Of a DNA stretch of 64,000 bases, positions 17,143 to 26,280 are shown piece by piece. The stretch's first letter is position 1, and every line of letters starts with the position of its first letter. The translations under genes and the position numbers were made by a program. The stretch is from an uncultured Bacteroidia bacterium (GTDB lineage: Bacteria; Bacteroidota; Bacteroidia; Bacteroidales; UBA932): NCBI GenBank assembly GCA_902780935.1, contig CACZHP010000001.1, positions 129,264 through 193,263 of the forward strand, read 5' to 3'. Below the pieces are notes generated by a model. It worked only from the letters and a program-made list of their open reading frames with translations. It was not told the DNA's origin and did no database searches.

Positions 17143-19695
17143 ATGAGAACAATATTGTCTTTCGCCGCCCTGTTCGTTTCGGTGGCTCTATCCGCCCAGG
17201 AGTGGGTCCCTTCCGCCTGGCCTGTTTTGACTCATTATGATTCCGCCCACCTTCAGCAAGTGGCTCTTCCCCTTGGTGGGATCGGGACAGGAACGGTCTC
17301 CCTTGGAGGCCGGGGTGAGATTCGGGACTGGGAGATCATGAATGTCCCAGGAAAGGGCAACAGCACTGTCACAACCGGGAACGACGCTCCTTTTTTCGCC
17401 ATATTCACTAAGCAAAAGAACGGAGGGAGCGCCACCAGGCTCCTTGCCGGGCCGCTTTATCCTCAGGAATACCTTCATTATGAAGGCCGGCCGGTCAACC
17501 ATCACGGTTTGCCCAGGTTCAACGAAGCCTCGTTCGATGCCGCCTATCCTTTCGGCCAAGTGAACCTGAGTGATCCAGGGCTTCCCGTGAAAGTCAAGAT
17601 CAAGGGGTTCAACCCTCTGGTGCCGGGCGATTCGGAGTCCAGCGGCTTGCCGCTGGCAGTCTTGTCTTACGAGGTGACAAACACTTCCGGGGACGAGATA
17701 GAAGTGGCTGTCTGCGGTGCGATCCGTAACTTCATCGGCAAAGACGGGCAGGATTACACCCTCAATTGGAAGGGCGACAGGATTCCTACCGGAGCCAAGG
17801 ACAACAAAAACGAGTACAGGGAGTCAAGAGGACTTAAAGGCATTTATTATTACTCGGAAGGTGTTGACCCTCAGAATAAAGCGTGGGGCAATATGTCTCT
17901 GTCGACTGATAGCCGGGACAAGGTGACCTTCAGGACATTCACGGTTGACAATAATTGGTCGAACGCCATGCTTAATTTCTGGGATGATTTCAGTGACGAT
18001 GGCCTGATTTCCAACCCGAAGGCGAGCGTGAGACACACTGTAGGCCGTGATATCGACCCTATGGGGGCATTGTCGGTCAAAGCTGTTCTCGGTCCCGGGG
18101 AGACTCACCGGTTCAATTTCTTCCTGACTTGGAATTTCCCCAACAGGATGGCTTGGTCCAAAGAAGTTGTCGGCAATTATTACAGCAAGCGTTATCCGGA
18201 TTCCTGGAAGACAGCAGGTGAGCTCATCCCCCGAATCGGAGATCTCGAGAATAAGACGCTGTTGTTTGTGAACTCATTCTTATCCTCATCCCTTCCTGAT
18301 GTTGTCAAGGAGGCCGCTTTGTACAACCTCGCGGTCCTCCGTTCCCAGACTGTGTTCAGGGTCGAGGACGGCCACATGCTTGGCTGGGAGGGTGTTATGG
18401 ATCACTACGGCTCATGCGCCGGATCTTGCACCCATGTCTGGAACTACGAGGTGGCCACCGCGTTCCTTTTCGGCGACCTTGCCAGGACTATGCGGGATGT
18501 CGAATTCAACTATGCTATGAATCCGGACGGTGCGATGGATTTTAGGGTCAACCTGCCCTTGGGATCCGCTCCGGACCCCACCCAGATCGCCGCTGACGGC
18601 CAGATGGGCTGCGTCATGAAACTCTACAGGGAATGGCAGCTTAGTGGGGACAGGGCTTTCCTCGAGCGCTACTGGCCAGCCTGTAAAAGCGCTTTGTCTT
18701 TCGCTTGGAAAGAGAAAGGTTGGGACGGCAATCAGGATGGGGTTATGGAAGGTTCCCAGCATAACACGATGGATGTCAACTATTTCGGTCCCAATCCCCA
18801 GATGGGATTCTGGTATATGGGTGCGTTGAGGGCAGCTGAGGAGATGGCGAAAGAGTTGAAAGACAAGGAGTTCGCCAAGAAATGCAGGAGCCTTTTCGAA
18901 AAGGGCAGTGCGTGGATGGACGCCAATCTTTTCAATGGAGAGTATTATGAGCACAAGATAACTGACCCCGAGACGTTCGAGTTCCTTCCTGAGGGCTCTG
19001 ATAAGACCCCGCCGTTCCAGCTTGGCAAAGGTTGCCTGGTGGATCAGCTTGTCGGACAGTACATGGCGCATATCTGTGGGCTCGGCTACCTTGGAGACAA
19101 AGAACATATTCGGAAAACCCTCCAGAGCGTAATGAAGTATAATTATGTGCCTGATGTCAGCGGAGAATTCAACAATATGCGGTCTTATGTCATGGGACAT
19201 GAGGCGGCTTTGATGATGGCTTCCTGGCCCAAAGGACGGCTCGAGGTTCCTTTCCCTTATTTTCCTGAAGCGATGACCGGATTTGAGTACTGTGCGGCGG
19301 TAGGAATGATTCAGGAAGGCATGGTCGATGATGGTTTGAAGTGCATCAAGTCAATCAGGGACCGTTTTGACGGGGCGAAGAGGAATCCTTTTGATGAGCC
19401 TGAGTGCGGCAAGCACTATGCCCGCTCGATGGCCAGTTGGGCCGCTGTCCTGGCTCTGAGCGATTTCCATTATTCTGGCGTTGACAAGACCATGAATTTC
19501 ACCTCTAAGCCGGGGCGTTATTTCTGGAGCAACGGATCTGCCTTCGGAATCTGTGAGGTGAGCGGGAAGTCCGTGGAACTTAAAGTCTTGAAAGGCTCTC
19601 TTGATCTCAAGTCTTTGACATTAACCGGTCGGGCGAAGCCCATAGCCAAGGGAATCTCTTTGACCGAAGGAGGCTCAATTAATATTCAAATCTGA
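17143..19695 (+). CDS. GH116 (non-lysosomal glucosylceramidase-like beta-glycosidase), secreted
   Basis: LPLGGIGTG, GSCTHVWNY, AADGQMG, QHNTMDV, FNGEYY, DQLVGQY, ECGKHYARSMASW. Confidence 0.9.
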   Translation: MRTILSFAALFVSVALSAQEWVPSAWPVLTHYDSAHLQQVALPLGGIGTGTVSLGGRGEIRDWEIMNVPGKGNSTVTTGNDAPFFAIFTKQKNGGSATRLLAGPLYPQEYLHYEGRPVNHHGLPRFNEASFDAAYPFGQVNLSDPGLPVKVKIKGFNPLVPGDSESSGLPLAVLSYEVTNTSGDEIEVAVCGAIRNFIGKDGQDYTLNWKGDRIPTGAKDNKNEYRESRGLKGIYYYSEGVDPQNKAWGNMSLSTDSRDKVTFRTFTVDNNWSNAMLNFWDDFSDDGLISNPKASVRHTVGRDIDPMGALSVKAVLGPGETHRFNFFLTWNFPNRMAWSKEVVGNYYSKRYPDSWKTAGELIPRIGDLENKTLLFVNSFLSSSLPDVVKEAALYNLAVLRSQTVFRVEDGHMLGWEGVMDHYGSCAGSCTHVWNYEVATAFLFGDLARTMRDVEFNYAMNPDGAMDFRVNLPLGSAPDPTQIAADGQMGCVMKLYREWQLSGDRAFLERYWPACKSALSFAWKEKGWDGNQDGVMEGSQHNTMDVNYFGPNPQMGFWYMGALRAAEEMAKELKDKEFAKKCRSLFEKGSAWMDANLFNGEYYEHKITDPETFEFLPEGSDKTPPFQLGKGCLVDQLVGQYMAHICGLGYLGDKEHIRKTLQSVMKYNYVPDVSGEFNNMRSYVMGHEAALMMASWPKGRLEVPFPYFPEAMTGFEYCAAVGMIQEGMVDDGLKCIKSIRDRFDGAKRNPFDEPECGKHYARSMASWAAVLALSDFHYSGVDKTMNFTSKPGRYFWSNGSAFGICEVSGKSVELKVLKGSLDLKSLTLTGRAKPIAKGISLTEGGSINIQI

Positions 19696-19702
19696 CATTT
19701 AG

Positions 19703-20431
19703 ATGCGTGTATATGTGGGGAGGGCGGTTCTTGACCTGTTTATTCCGAGATTGTGTGTGGTGTGTGGAAGGTCGCTCTCCCTTCGTGAGGATCACATCTG
19801 TCTTGACTGCCTGGCTGATTTGCCCAGGACCTATTATTCGAAATTGTCCCGGAACCGTATGGCGGACAGGCTGAATGGCCTTATCCAACGGGACTTGGAA
19901 GAACCGGAGCCATATTCGTATGCGACAGCGTTGTTCTATTACAGGGCTTCGACTGGCTATCGTGACATTACCAAGGACTTGAAATACCGGGGGAATATCG
20001 CTTCTGGGAGGTTTTTTTCGGAGATGCTTGCGTCGGAAATGGCTGATTCTGAGTTGTTTTCTGATATAGACACGGTTATACCCGTCCCTCTTCACTGGAC
20101 GAGGCGGTGGTCCAGAGGATATAATCAGGCGGAGGTGATTGGAGAGGTTCTGGCAAGGCGCTTCGGGGCCTCTCTACGGCCGGACGTTCTCTGTCGTCAC
20201 CGGAGGACGAAGACCCAGACTAGGCTGTCAATAGAAGGGAAAGTCTCGAATGTGGTCGGGGCGTTCAGGCTCCGGCGGTGTGCGGACCTGACGGGAGCCT
20301 CACATATCCTTCTTGTTGACGATGTGTTCACTACCGGGGCGACCCTTTGTTCCTGCCAAAAGACATTGCGGGGGGCGGTCGGCCCCAAGGTGCGGATTTC
20401 GGTGGCTACATTGGCTTGTGTCGGGGATTGA
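19703..20431 (+). CDS. ComF family / phosphoribosyltransferase-domain protein with N-terminal CxxC zinc ribbon
   Basis: CVVC...CLDC; IPVPLHWTRRWSRGYNQAE; ILLVDDVFTTGATL PRPP-binding loop. Confidence 0.9.
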   Translation: MRVYVGRAVLDLFIPRLCVVCGRSLSLREDHICLDCLADLPRTYYSKLSRNRMADRLNGLIQRDLEEPEPYSYATALFYYRASTGYRDITKDLKYRGNIASGRFFSEMLASEMADSELFSDIDTVIPVPLHWTRRWSRGYNQAEVIGEVLARRFGASLRPDVLCRHRRTKTQTRLSIEGKVSNVVGAFRLRRCADLTGASHILLVDDVFTTGATLCSCQKTLRGAVGPKVRISVATLACVGD

Positions 20432-20607
20432 TAAATTGTAACTAAAACAATTTATTATGTGTTTTAATCGTTTTTTACTACTCTCTGAAGTGCTTATTTT
20501 AAGGCTGGTTTAAAGTTAATCTAAAATTCTGTTATTGTTTATACTGCGAATAATCAGCGACTTAAATCAGTTAAATCGAAAATTTTAAGAAATTTATTAT
20601 AAAATAA

Positions 20608-20638
20608 TTTGCATAAATAAAAAAAAGCCGTACCTTTG
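20608..20638 (+). promoter_or_regulatory. Complete Bacteroidota promoter (-33 TTTG, -7 TACCTTTG) with no downstream ORF
   Basis: TTTG 20608-20611, 19-nt spacer, TACCTTTG 20631-20638. Confidence 0.75.
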
Positions 20639-20639
20639 T

Positions 20640-20757
20640 ATCGGGTTGAGGATGGAGGTTCTCTCCACTGACAACCCGATTGGTTATTAGTTTTAGTGTT
20701 ATTAATTATGTGGTTAGAGTGAGGGTCCACGCGGGAAGCGTCGAACCTCATTTTTTT
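20640..20757 (+). ncRNA. Candidate trans-acting small RNA (~115 nt)
   Basis: Own promoter; 5' hairpin ATCGGGTTG/CAACCCGAT with inner TGGAG/CTCCA; U-rich linker; terminator-like hairpin plus T7; no credible ORF. Confidence 0.6.
20720..20757 (+). terminator. Intrinsic terminator of the sRNA candidate
   Basis: TGAGG..ACGC-GGGAA-GCGT..CCTCA followed by TTTTTTT; U-tract only on the + strand. Confidence 0.65.
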
Positions 20758-22165
20758 ATTTCCTGTTTTCCATCTTGTGGATGATACTGATCAGCAAGCT
20801 GCCGAGCAGTCCGGCGCAGAGCGAGCCCATCAGCACGGCCACTTTACCCATATCCCGGAGCCTTGACATGATCTCCGGAGCCTGGTCTCCGAACGAGAGC
20901 GTGTCCACGAAAATAGACATTGTGAAGCCGATACCTCCAAGGCAGGCCACTGCGATAAGCATTTTCCAGGAGGCTTTTGCGGGCATCTCGCCGGCTTTCA
21001 ATTTGACGGCGATAAAACTGGCGAGGGAAATGCCGAGCGGCTTTCCGATGAGGAGCCCCAAGAATATGCCCATGCTCACTCCGCCGAGGGCGGGATCGAT
21101 GTGGAACACGTTGAAGTACGACACGTCGGGAATCTCCACACCGGCATTAGCGAGGGCGAAGAGAGGCATGATGAGGAAATTAACCCAAGGTCCCAAGGCG
21201 TGTTCAAGACGGTAGCTCATCGGGATGGCTCCTTTTGAGATCACGCTCATTCTGCGTAGGCAATGCCTCTGCGGGCCGTTCGGGAACTCTCCGGAGGTGG
21301 ACTCTATTCCATTGTACTCATTGAGCCTCTGGATGTACTGGATCCTCTTGCGGTGGAAATAGGCCTCGTTGTAGCGGGGGGTCATCGGGACCAGGAAGGC
21401 CATCACGACTCCTGACATCGTCGAATGGATCCCGGAGTAGTAGAACAGCGCCCAGATCACCATGGCGGGGATGAAGTAGTACCAGCTTCTCTTCTCTCCC
21501 AGCTTGTTCATGATAAGGATGGCCACAATCAACACAATAGCTATGCTGAGCAATCCGAAATTGATTGTTCCTCCGTAGAAAAGGGCGACAACGAGGATGG
21601 CGATCAGGTCGTCGGCGATGGCGAGAGCGGTCAGGAATACTTTAAGGGATACGGGAACCTTGTCGCCGAGGATCGAAAGTATTCCTACGGCAAAGGCGAT
21701 ATCTGTCGCCGTGGGGATTCCCCATCCGGAAGCGGCGGCTGTACCGTGGTTGACGAGAGTGAATATCAATGCCGGAGCCACGACTCCGCCGAAGGCTGCG
21801 ATCACGGGCATCAAGGCCTTTTTCACGCTGGACAGCTCGCCGTTTTTCATCTCCCTGCGGATCTCGAGGCCGACAGTGAAGAAGAATACGGTCATCAAGA
21901 TGTCGTTTATGAAGCTCTCGACGGTCATCCCTTTCGGGAACCAGACATCTTGTCCTCCCGGAGTCTTGAAGAACAGGGAGAGCTTGGTCTCGAGGATACT
22001 GTGGTAGAGTTCTTTTGTGAAAGGAAGGTTAGCCAGAAGCATGGCCACAACAACACATGCGAGGAGAATCACTCCCTGCGCCCAAGGTTGGTTGGAGAAT
22101 TTGCGTCTGCGGTGGTCGAAGTTTCTTATGCCCTTAGTCCAAGTGTAGATAGGGAAAAGTCTCAT
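20756..22165 (-). CDS. nhaA: Na+/H+ antiporter NhaA
   Basis: FINDILM, GWGIPTATDIAFA, LAIADDLIAILVVALFY, SGIHSTMSGV, FALANAGV, GIGFTMSIF. Confidence 0.95.
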   Translation of the reverse strand: MRLFPIYTWTKGIRNFDHRRRKFSNQPWAQGVILLACVVVAMLLANLPFTKELYHSILETKLSLFFKTPGGQDVWFPKGMTVESFINDILMTVFFFTVGLEIRREMKNGELSSVKKALMPVIAAFGGVVAPALIFTLVNHGTAAASGWGIPTATDIAFAVGILSILGDKVPVSLKVFLTALAIADDLIAILVVALFYGGTINFGLLSIAIVLIVAILIMNKLGEKRSWYYFIPAMVIWALFYYSGIHSTMSGVVMAFLVPMTPRYNEAYFHRKRIQYIQRLNEYNGIESTSGEFPNGPQRHCLRRMSVISKGAIPMSYRLEHALGPWVNFLIMPLFALANAGVEIPDVSYFNVFHIDPALGGVSMGIFLGLLIGKPLGISLASFIAVKLKAGEMPAKASWKMLIAVACLGGIGFTMSIFVDTLSFGDQAPEIMSRLRDMGKVAVLMGSLCAGLLGSLLISIIHKMENRK

Positions 22166-22170
22166 GATTG

Positions 22171-23427
22171 TTATTCTCCGTATAAATAGATTCTTTGTTT
22201 TTCTGTAAGGGTGTCGATCGCGATTCCCCAGTCGGTGAGTTTGCGGTGAGCGACTTCACTGTCGATCTCGGCCGGAACCTTATGGAGCATCGCTCCAGGC
22301 TCCCTTGTGAGGGTTTTCCTGTTGTCCGCCAGGAATTTGGCGCTCAGGGCCTGGATGGCGAAGGACATGTCCATGATCTCGGCCGGGTGGCCGTCTCCGG
22401 CGGCGAGGTTCACCAAGCGACCTTCCGCTATGACATATATCCTGCTGCCGTTCGAGAGGGTATATTCCTGAATATTCTGTCTCGCAAGTTTCTCGCTGAC
22501 AGCTATTTCCTTGAGATCCTTGACAGAGACCTCGCAGTCGAAATGACCTGCGTTGCAGCATATCGCCCCGTCTTTCATGAGAGGGAAATGCTCTTTGGTG
22601 ATCACATCCTCGCAACCGGTGACAGTCACGAATATGTCACCTATCCTTGCCGCCTCGCTCATGGACATGACCCTGAAACCGTCCATAACGGCCTCCATGG
22701 CCTTGATAGGATCGACCTCGGTGACTATCACCCTGGCTCCAAGCCCTTTGGCCCTCATGGCCACACCCTTGCCGCACCAGCCGTAACCGGCCACGACAAC
22801 ATCTTTCCCGGCCACTATCAGGTTCGTGGTGCGGTTGATGCCGTCCCAGACGGACTGGCCCGTTCCATAGCGATTGTCGAAAAAGTGCTTGCAGGCGGCG
22901 TCGTTGACCAGCATCATAGGGAAAAGGAGCCTGAACTCTCGGTTCATCGTCTCGAGCCTGAGGATCCCGGTGGTGGTCTCCTCGCAGCCACCAATCACAT
23001 TGTCAATTAGTTCCGGATAGTTCTCATGGATCATCGAGACAAGGTCTCCTCCGTCGTCGATTATAATATTCGGTCCGGCCTCGATTACCCGGCGTATTCC
23101 GCTCTCATATTCCTCGGGGGTAGCTCCGTGGACCGCATAAACATTCAGACCCTCATGGACAAGGGCCGCGGCCACATCGTCCTGGGTGGAAAGTGGATTG
23201 CTGCCGGTGATGAACATCTCGGCTCCGCCATGGGCGAGAACCTCGCAAAGACGGGCTGTCTTGGCTTCAAGATGGACGGACAGGGCAACCTTCAAACCGG
23301 CGAAAGGTTTGGTCTCAAGGAATTCTTTATCAAGACTTTCCAGCAGCGGCATGTGGTGCCTTACCCAGTTTATCTTAAGTTCCCCGCTCTCCCATATCAG
23401 GGGGTCCCGAATCTCACTTTTTATCAC
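22171..23427 (-). CDS. ahcY: S-adenosyl-L-homocysteine hydrolase (short 418-aa type)
   Basis: SVHLEAKT, IIDDGGDL, GGCEETTTG, KHFFDNRYGTGQS, VAGYGWCGKG, NAGHFD, GRLVNLAAGDGHPAEIMDMSF. Confidence 0.96.
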   Translation of the reverse strand: MIKSEIRDPLIWESGELKINWVRHHMPLLESLDKEFLETKPFAGLKVALSVHLEAKTARLCEVLAHGGAEMFITGSNPLSTQDDVAAALVHEGLNVYAVHGATPEEYESGIRRVIEAGPNIIIDDGGDLVSMIHENYPELIDNVIGGCEETTTGILRLETMNREFRLLFPMMLVNDAACKHFFDNRYGTGQSVWDGINRTTNLIVAGKDVVVAGYGWCGKGVAMRAKGLGARVIVTEVDPIKAMEAVMDGFRVMSMSEAARIGDIFVTVTGCEDVITKEHFPLMKDGAICCNAGHFDCEVSVKDLKEIAVSEKLARQNIQEYTLSNGSRIYVIAEGRLVNLAAGDGHPAEIMDMSFAIQALSAKFLADNRKTLTREPGAMLHKVPAEIDSEVAHRKLTDWGIAIDTLTEKQRIYLYGE

Positions 23428-23448
23428 GACATTTTATATTTAGAGGTG

Positions 23449-23498
23449 CAAATATAGCCAATAATTCTTGCCCCTCTTGCTAAATAACGTTATTTTTG
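23449..23498. promoter_or_regulatory. Divergent ahcY / fabG promoters
   Basis: Minus-strand TATATTTG (23449-23456) toward ahcY; plus-strand TATTTTTG (23491-23498) with TTG 20 nt upstream toward fabG. Confidence 0.6.
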
Positions 23499-23532
23499 CG
23501 GTTTAGATAGATTGTTATTTAAAAATCATAAA

Positions 23533-24279
23533 ATGGGTTTATTAGATGGAAAAGTCGCCCTTGTGACGGGCGCCGCGAGAGGAATCGGAAAAGCGATCGC
23601 GTTGAAATTCGCGTCCGAGGGTGCTGATGTGGCTTTCACTGACCTCGTGATCAACGAGGCGGCCGAGCAAACGATAAAGGAACTTGAGGCTTTCGGCCAT
23701 AAGGTCAAAGGTTACGCTTCCAATGCAGCCAATTTCGAGGAGACTCACGCGGTTGTGGATCAGATCCTCGCCGATTTCGGAAAAATCGATATTCTTGTCA
23801 ACAACGCCGGTATCACGAAAGACGGCCTGATGATGAGGATGACGGAGCAGCAGTGGGACGCTGTCATCGGAGTCAACCTGAAGTCCGCTTTCAACTTTAT
23901 CCACGCCATCACTCCTATAATGGCGCGCCAGAGGGGAGGAAGCATTATCAACATGTCTTCCGTAGTGGGTGTCTCAGGTAATGCGGGACAGTGCAACTAC
24001 TCCGCTTCCAAGGCTGGTATGATCGGACTTGCCAAGTCCATCGCCAAGGAAATGGGTCCCCGTGGCATCAGGGCCAACTGCATCGCTCCCGGATTCATCA
24101 TCTCCGATATGACAAACGCTCTTTCCCAGGAGGTTCGTGACGCTTGGACCAAGCAGATTCCTCTCCGTAGGGGCGGTACTCCCGAGGATGTCGCGAATGT
24201 GGCCCTCTTCCTCGCCAGCGACCTTTCCAGCTATGTCAGCGGCCAGGTCATCCACTGCTGCGGAGCTATGAACTGCTAA
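23533..24279 (+). CDS. fabG: 3-oxoacyl-ACP reductase (SDR)
   Basis: TGAARGIG, NNAGITKDGLMMRM, SSVVGVSGNAGQCNYSASKAG, PLRRGGTPEDVA; ATG at 23533. Confidence 0.9.
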   Translation: MGLLDGKVALVTGAARGIGKAIALKFASEGADVAFTDLVINEAAEQTIKELEAFGHKVKGYASNAANFEETHAVVDQILADFGKIDILVNNAGITKDGLMMRMTEQQWDAVIGVNLKSAFNFIHAITPIMARQRGGSIINMSSVVGVSGNAGQCNYSASKAGMIGLAKSIAKEMGPRGIRANCIAPGFIISDMTNALSQEVRDAWTKQIPLRRGGTPEDVANVALFLASDLSSYVSGQVIHCCGAMNC

Positions 24280-24708
24280 ATGGCGGGAATTCCCTCAATT
24301 AAGACTATTTTGAAAGAAAAGCCCGGCAGCCTTGTCGGGCAACTTTTCAGATATGCCGTTGTCGGGGGAATATCCTTTGTGGTCGATTACGGCAGCCTGT
24401 GGCTTCTCACCGAGAAGGCGGGGCTGCCTTATCTTTGGTCAGCCGCAATAGCGTTTATCCTCGGCTTGATCTGCAATTACCTGCTCAGCACCGCATGGGT
24501 CTTCGGAGAGAGCAAACTCAAGAACGCGTGGGCTGAATTCGCCGCTTTCGCGATAATCGGGGTGATTGGCCTCGGGCTGAACGAGCTTATAATGTTTGCC
24601 TGCACAGACGGGCTTGGTTTCCACTACATGTTATCCAAGATTGTCTCGACAGGTATCGTGTTTTTTTGGAATTTTCTCGCCAGGAGGTTCCTGGTTTTCA
24701 AATCTTGA
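24280..24708 (+). CDS. GtrA family membrane protein (putative lipid-linked sugar flippase/adaptor)
   Basis: 142 aa, four TM segments; QLFRYAVVGGISFVVDY, SKIVSTGIVFFWNF; ATG directly after the fabG TAA. Confidence 0.9.
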   Translation: MAGIPSIKTILKEKPGSLVGQLFRYAVVGGISFVVDYGSLWLLTEKAGLPYLWSAAIAFILGLICNYLLSTAWVFGESKLKNAWAEFAAFAIIGVIGLGLNELIMFACTDGLGFHYMLSKIVSTGIVFFWNFLARRFLVFKS

Positions 24709-24714
24709 TGTGGC

Positions 24715-26280
24715 ATGGGAAAGACAGCCGTGATAATCGGGGCCGGCCCCGCAGGATTGACCGCCGCCCTTGAGCTTCTGAGGCAGACAGACATCAAGCC
24801 CTTGGTGCTTGAGGAGAGCCCTTTCGTAGGCGGTATATCCAGGACGGTAAATAACGATGGCAACAGGATGGACATAGGAGGCCACCGTTTTTTCTCCAAG
24901 AACCAGGAAGTGATGGCTTGGTGGGAGTCCATGATGCCCATCCAGGGCTCTCCGTCCCTTGACGACATATTGCTTGAGAGGGACAAGGAGCTTGTCCAGG
25001 GAGGACCGGATCCCGAGAAAGAGGACAGGGTGATGCTCCTCAGGGATAGGGTTTCCCGTATTTTCTTCCTGCGTCATTTCTTTGATTACCCGATCTCCAT
25101 AAAATGGTCCACATTTGCCGGCATGGGATTGTGGAACACGATACGTGTGGGCTGGGGATATCTGGTCTCAACCCTCCACAAACTTCCTGAGACCTCTCTT
25201 GAGAACTTCTATGTCAATCGTTTCGGAAGGCCTTTGTACGAGATGTTCTTCGAGGATTACACCGAGAAGGTCTGGGGAGTCCATCCCAGCAAGATAGGGG
25301 CTGACTGGGGGGCCCAGAGAGTTAAGGGCCTGAGCGTCATGTCTATCTTGAAGGATGTCCTGACGAAACCTTTCAGGAAAAAAAGCATAGACCAGCAAAA
25401 GGTGGAAACTTCTCTTATTGAGAGATTTATATATCCTAAATATGGTCCTGGACAGCTTTGGGAGACCGTGGCGTCCGAGGTGAAGAAAGCAGGTGGGGAG
25501 ATCCGTTTGCTGTCCAAGGTTACAGGTATTGTCGCAGAGGAAGGAAAGGTCACTGCCGTTGAGGTGGAGACAGGAGGCGTCAAGGAGACGATCCCTTGCG
25601 ACTATATCTTCTCCAGCATGCCGGTCAAGGATCTTGTGGCTGCGGTCAAGGGAGTGGAGACTCCCTCAACGGTAGCCGATGTCGCTTCCGGGCTGCCTTA
25701 CAGGGATTTTATCACGGTCGGTGTCCTGGTGAAAAAGCTGAAGATCACCAATGGGACAAAGATAAAGACTTACGATGGAAGGGTGCCGGACACTTGGATA
25801 TATGTCCAGGAAAGGGATGTCAAAGTGGGCCGCCTCCAGATCTTCAACAACTGGTCGCCCTACATGGTCTCTGATTATAAAGGAACCATGTACGTCGGGA
25901 TGGAATACTTCTGTGACGAGGGGGACAAGCTTTGGGAAATGCCTGACAAAGAGTTTGTTGATATGGCTCTCGGGGAGCTTGAGAAAATCGGGGTCGCCGA
26001 CAGGGGTGATGTGCTTAAAGCGGACCGGATCAAAGTCAAGAAGGCTTATCCCGCCTATTTCGGCACATATAAGGAGATATCCAAAGTCAGGGAGTGGCTT
26101 GACGGTTTCCAGAACCTGTTCTGCATAGGCAGGAATGGCCAGCACAGGTACAATAATATGGACCACTCAATGCTGACCGCCATGGAAGCCGTCCGCTGCA
26201 TCAAGGAGAATATATCATCTAAAGATAATGTCTGGGAAGTCAACACCGAAAAAGAATACCACGAAACCGCCAAGGCCTGA
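24715..26280 (+). CDS. FAD/NAD(P)-dependent oxidoreductase of the UDP-galactopyranose mutase / protoporphyrinogen oxidase-like superfamily
   Basis: IIGAGPAGL Rossmann motif, [49 protein letters not shown]. Confidence 0.85.
   Translation: MGKTAVIIGAGPAGLTAALELLRQTDIKPLVLEESPFVGGISRTVNNDGNRMDIGGHRFFSKNQEVMAWWESMMPIQGSPSLDDILLERDKELVQGGPDPEKEDRVMLLRDRVSRIFFLRHFFDYPISIKWSTFAGMGLWNTIRVGWGYLVSTLHKLPETSLENFYVNRFGRPLYEMFFEDYTEKVWGVHPSKIGADWGAQRVKGLSVMSILKDVLTKPFRKKSIDQQKVETSLIERFIYPKYGPGQLWETVASEVKKAGGEIRLLSKVTGIVAEEGKVTAVEVETGGVKETIPCDYIFSSMPVKDLVAAVKGVETPSTVADVASGLPYRDFITVGVLVKKLKITNGTKIKTYDGRVPDTWIYVQERDVKVGRLQIFNNWSPYMVSDYKGTMYVGMEYFCDEGDKLWEMPDKEFVDMALGELEKIGVADRGDVLKADRIKVKKAYPAYFGTYKEISKVREWLDGFQNLFCIGRNGQHRYNNMDHSMLTAMEAVRCIKENISSKDNVWEVNTEKEYHETAKA

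Noticed and set aside
19703-20431. Natural competence locus
   Set aside because: ComF-family proteins are widespread, and no other DNA uptake genes are adjacent
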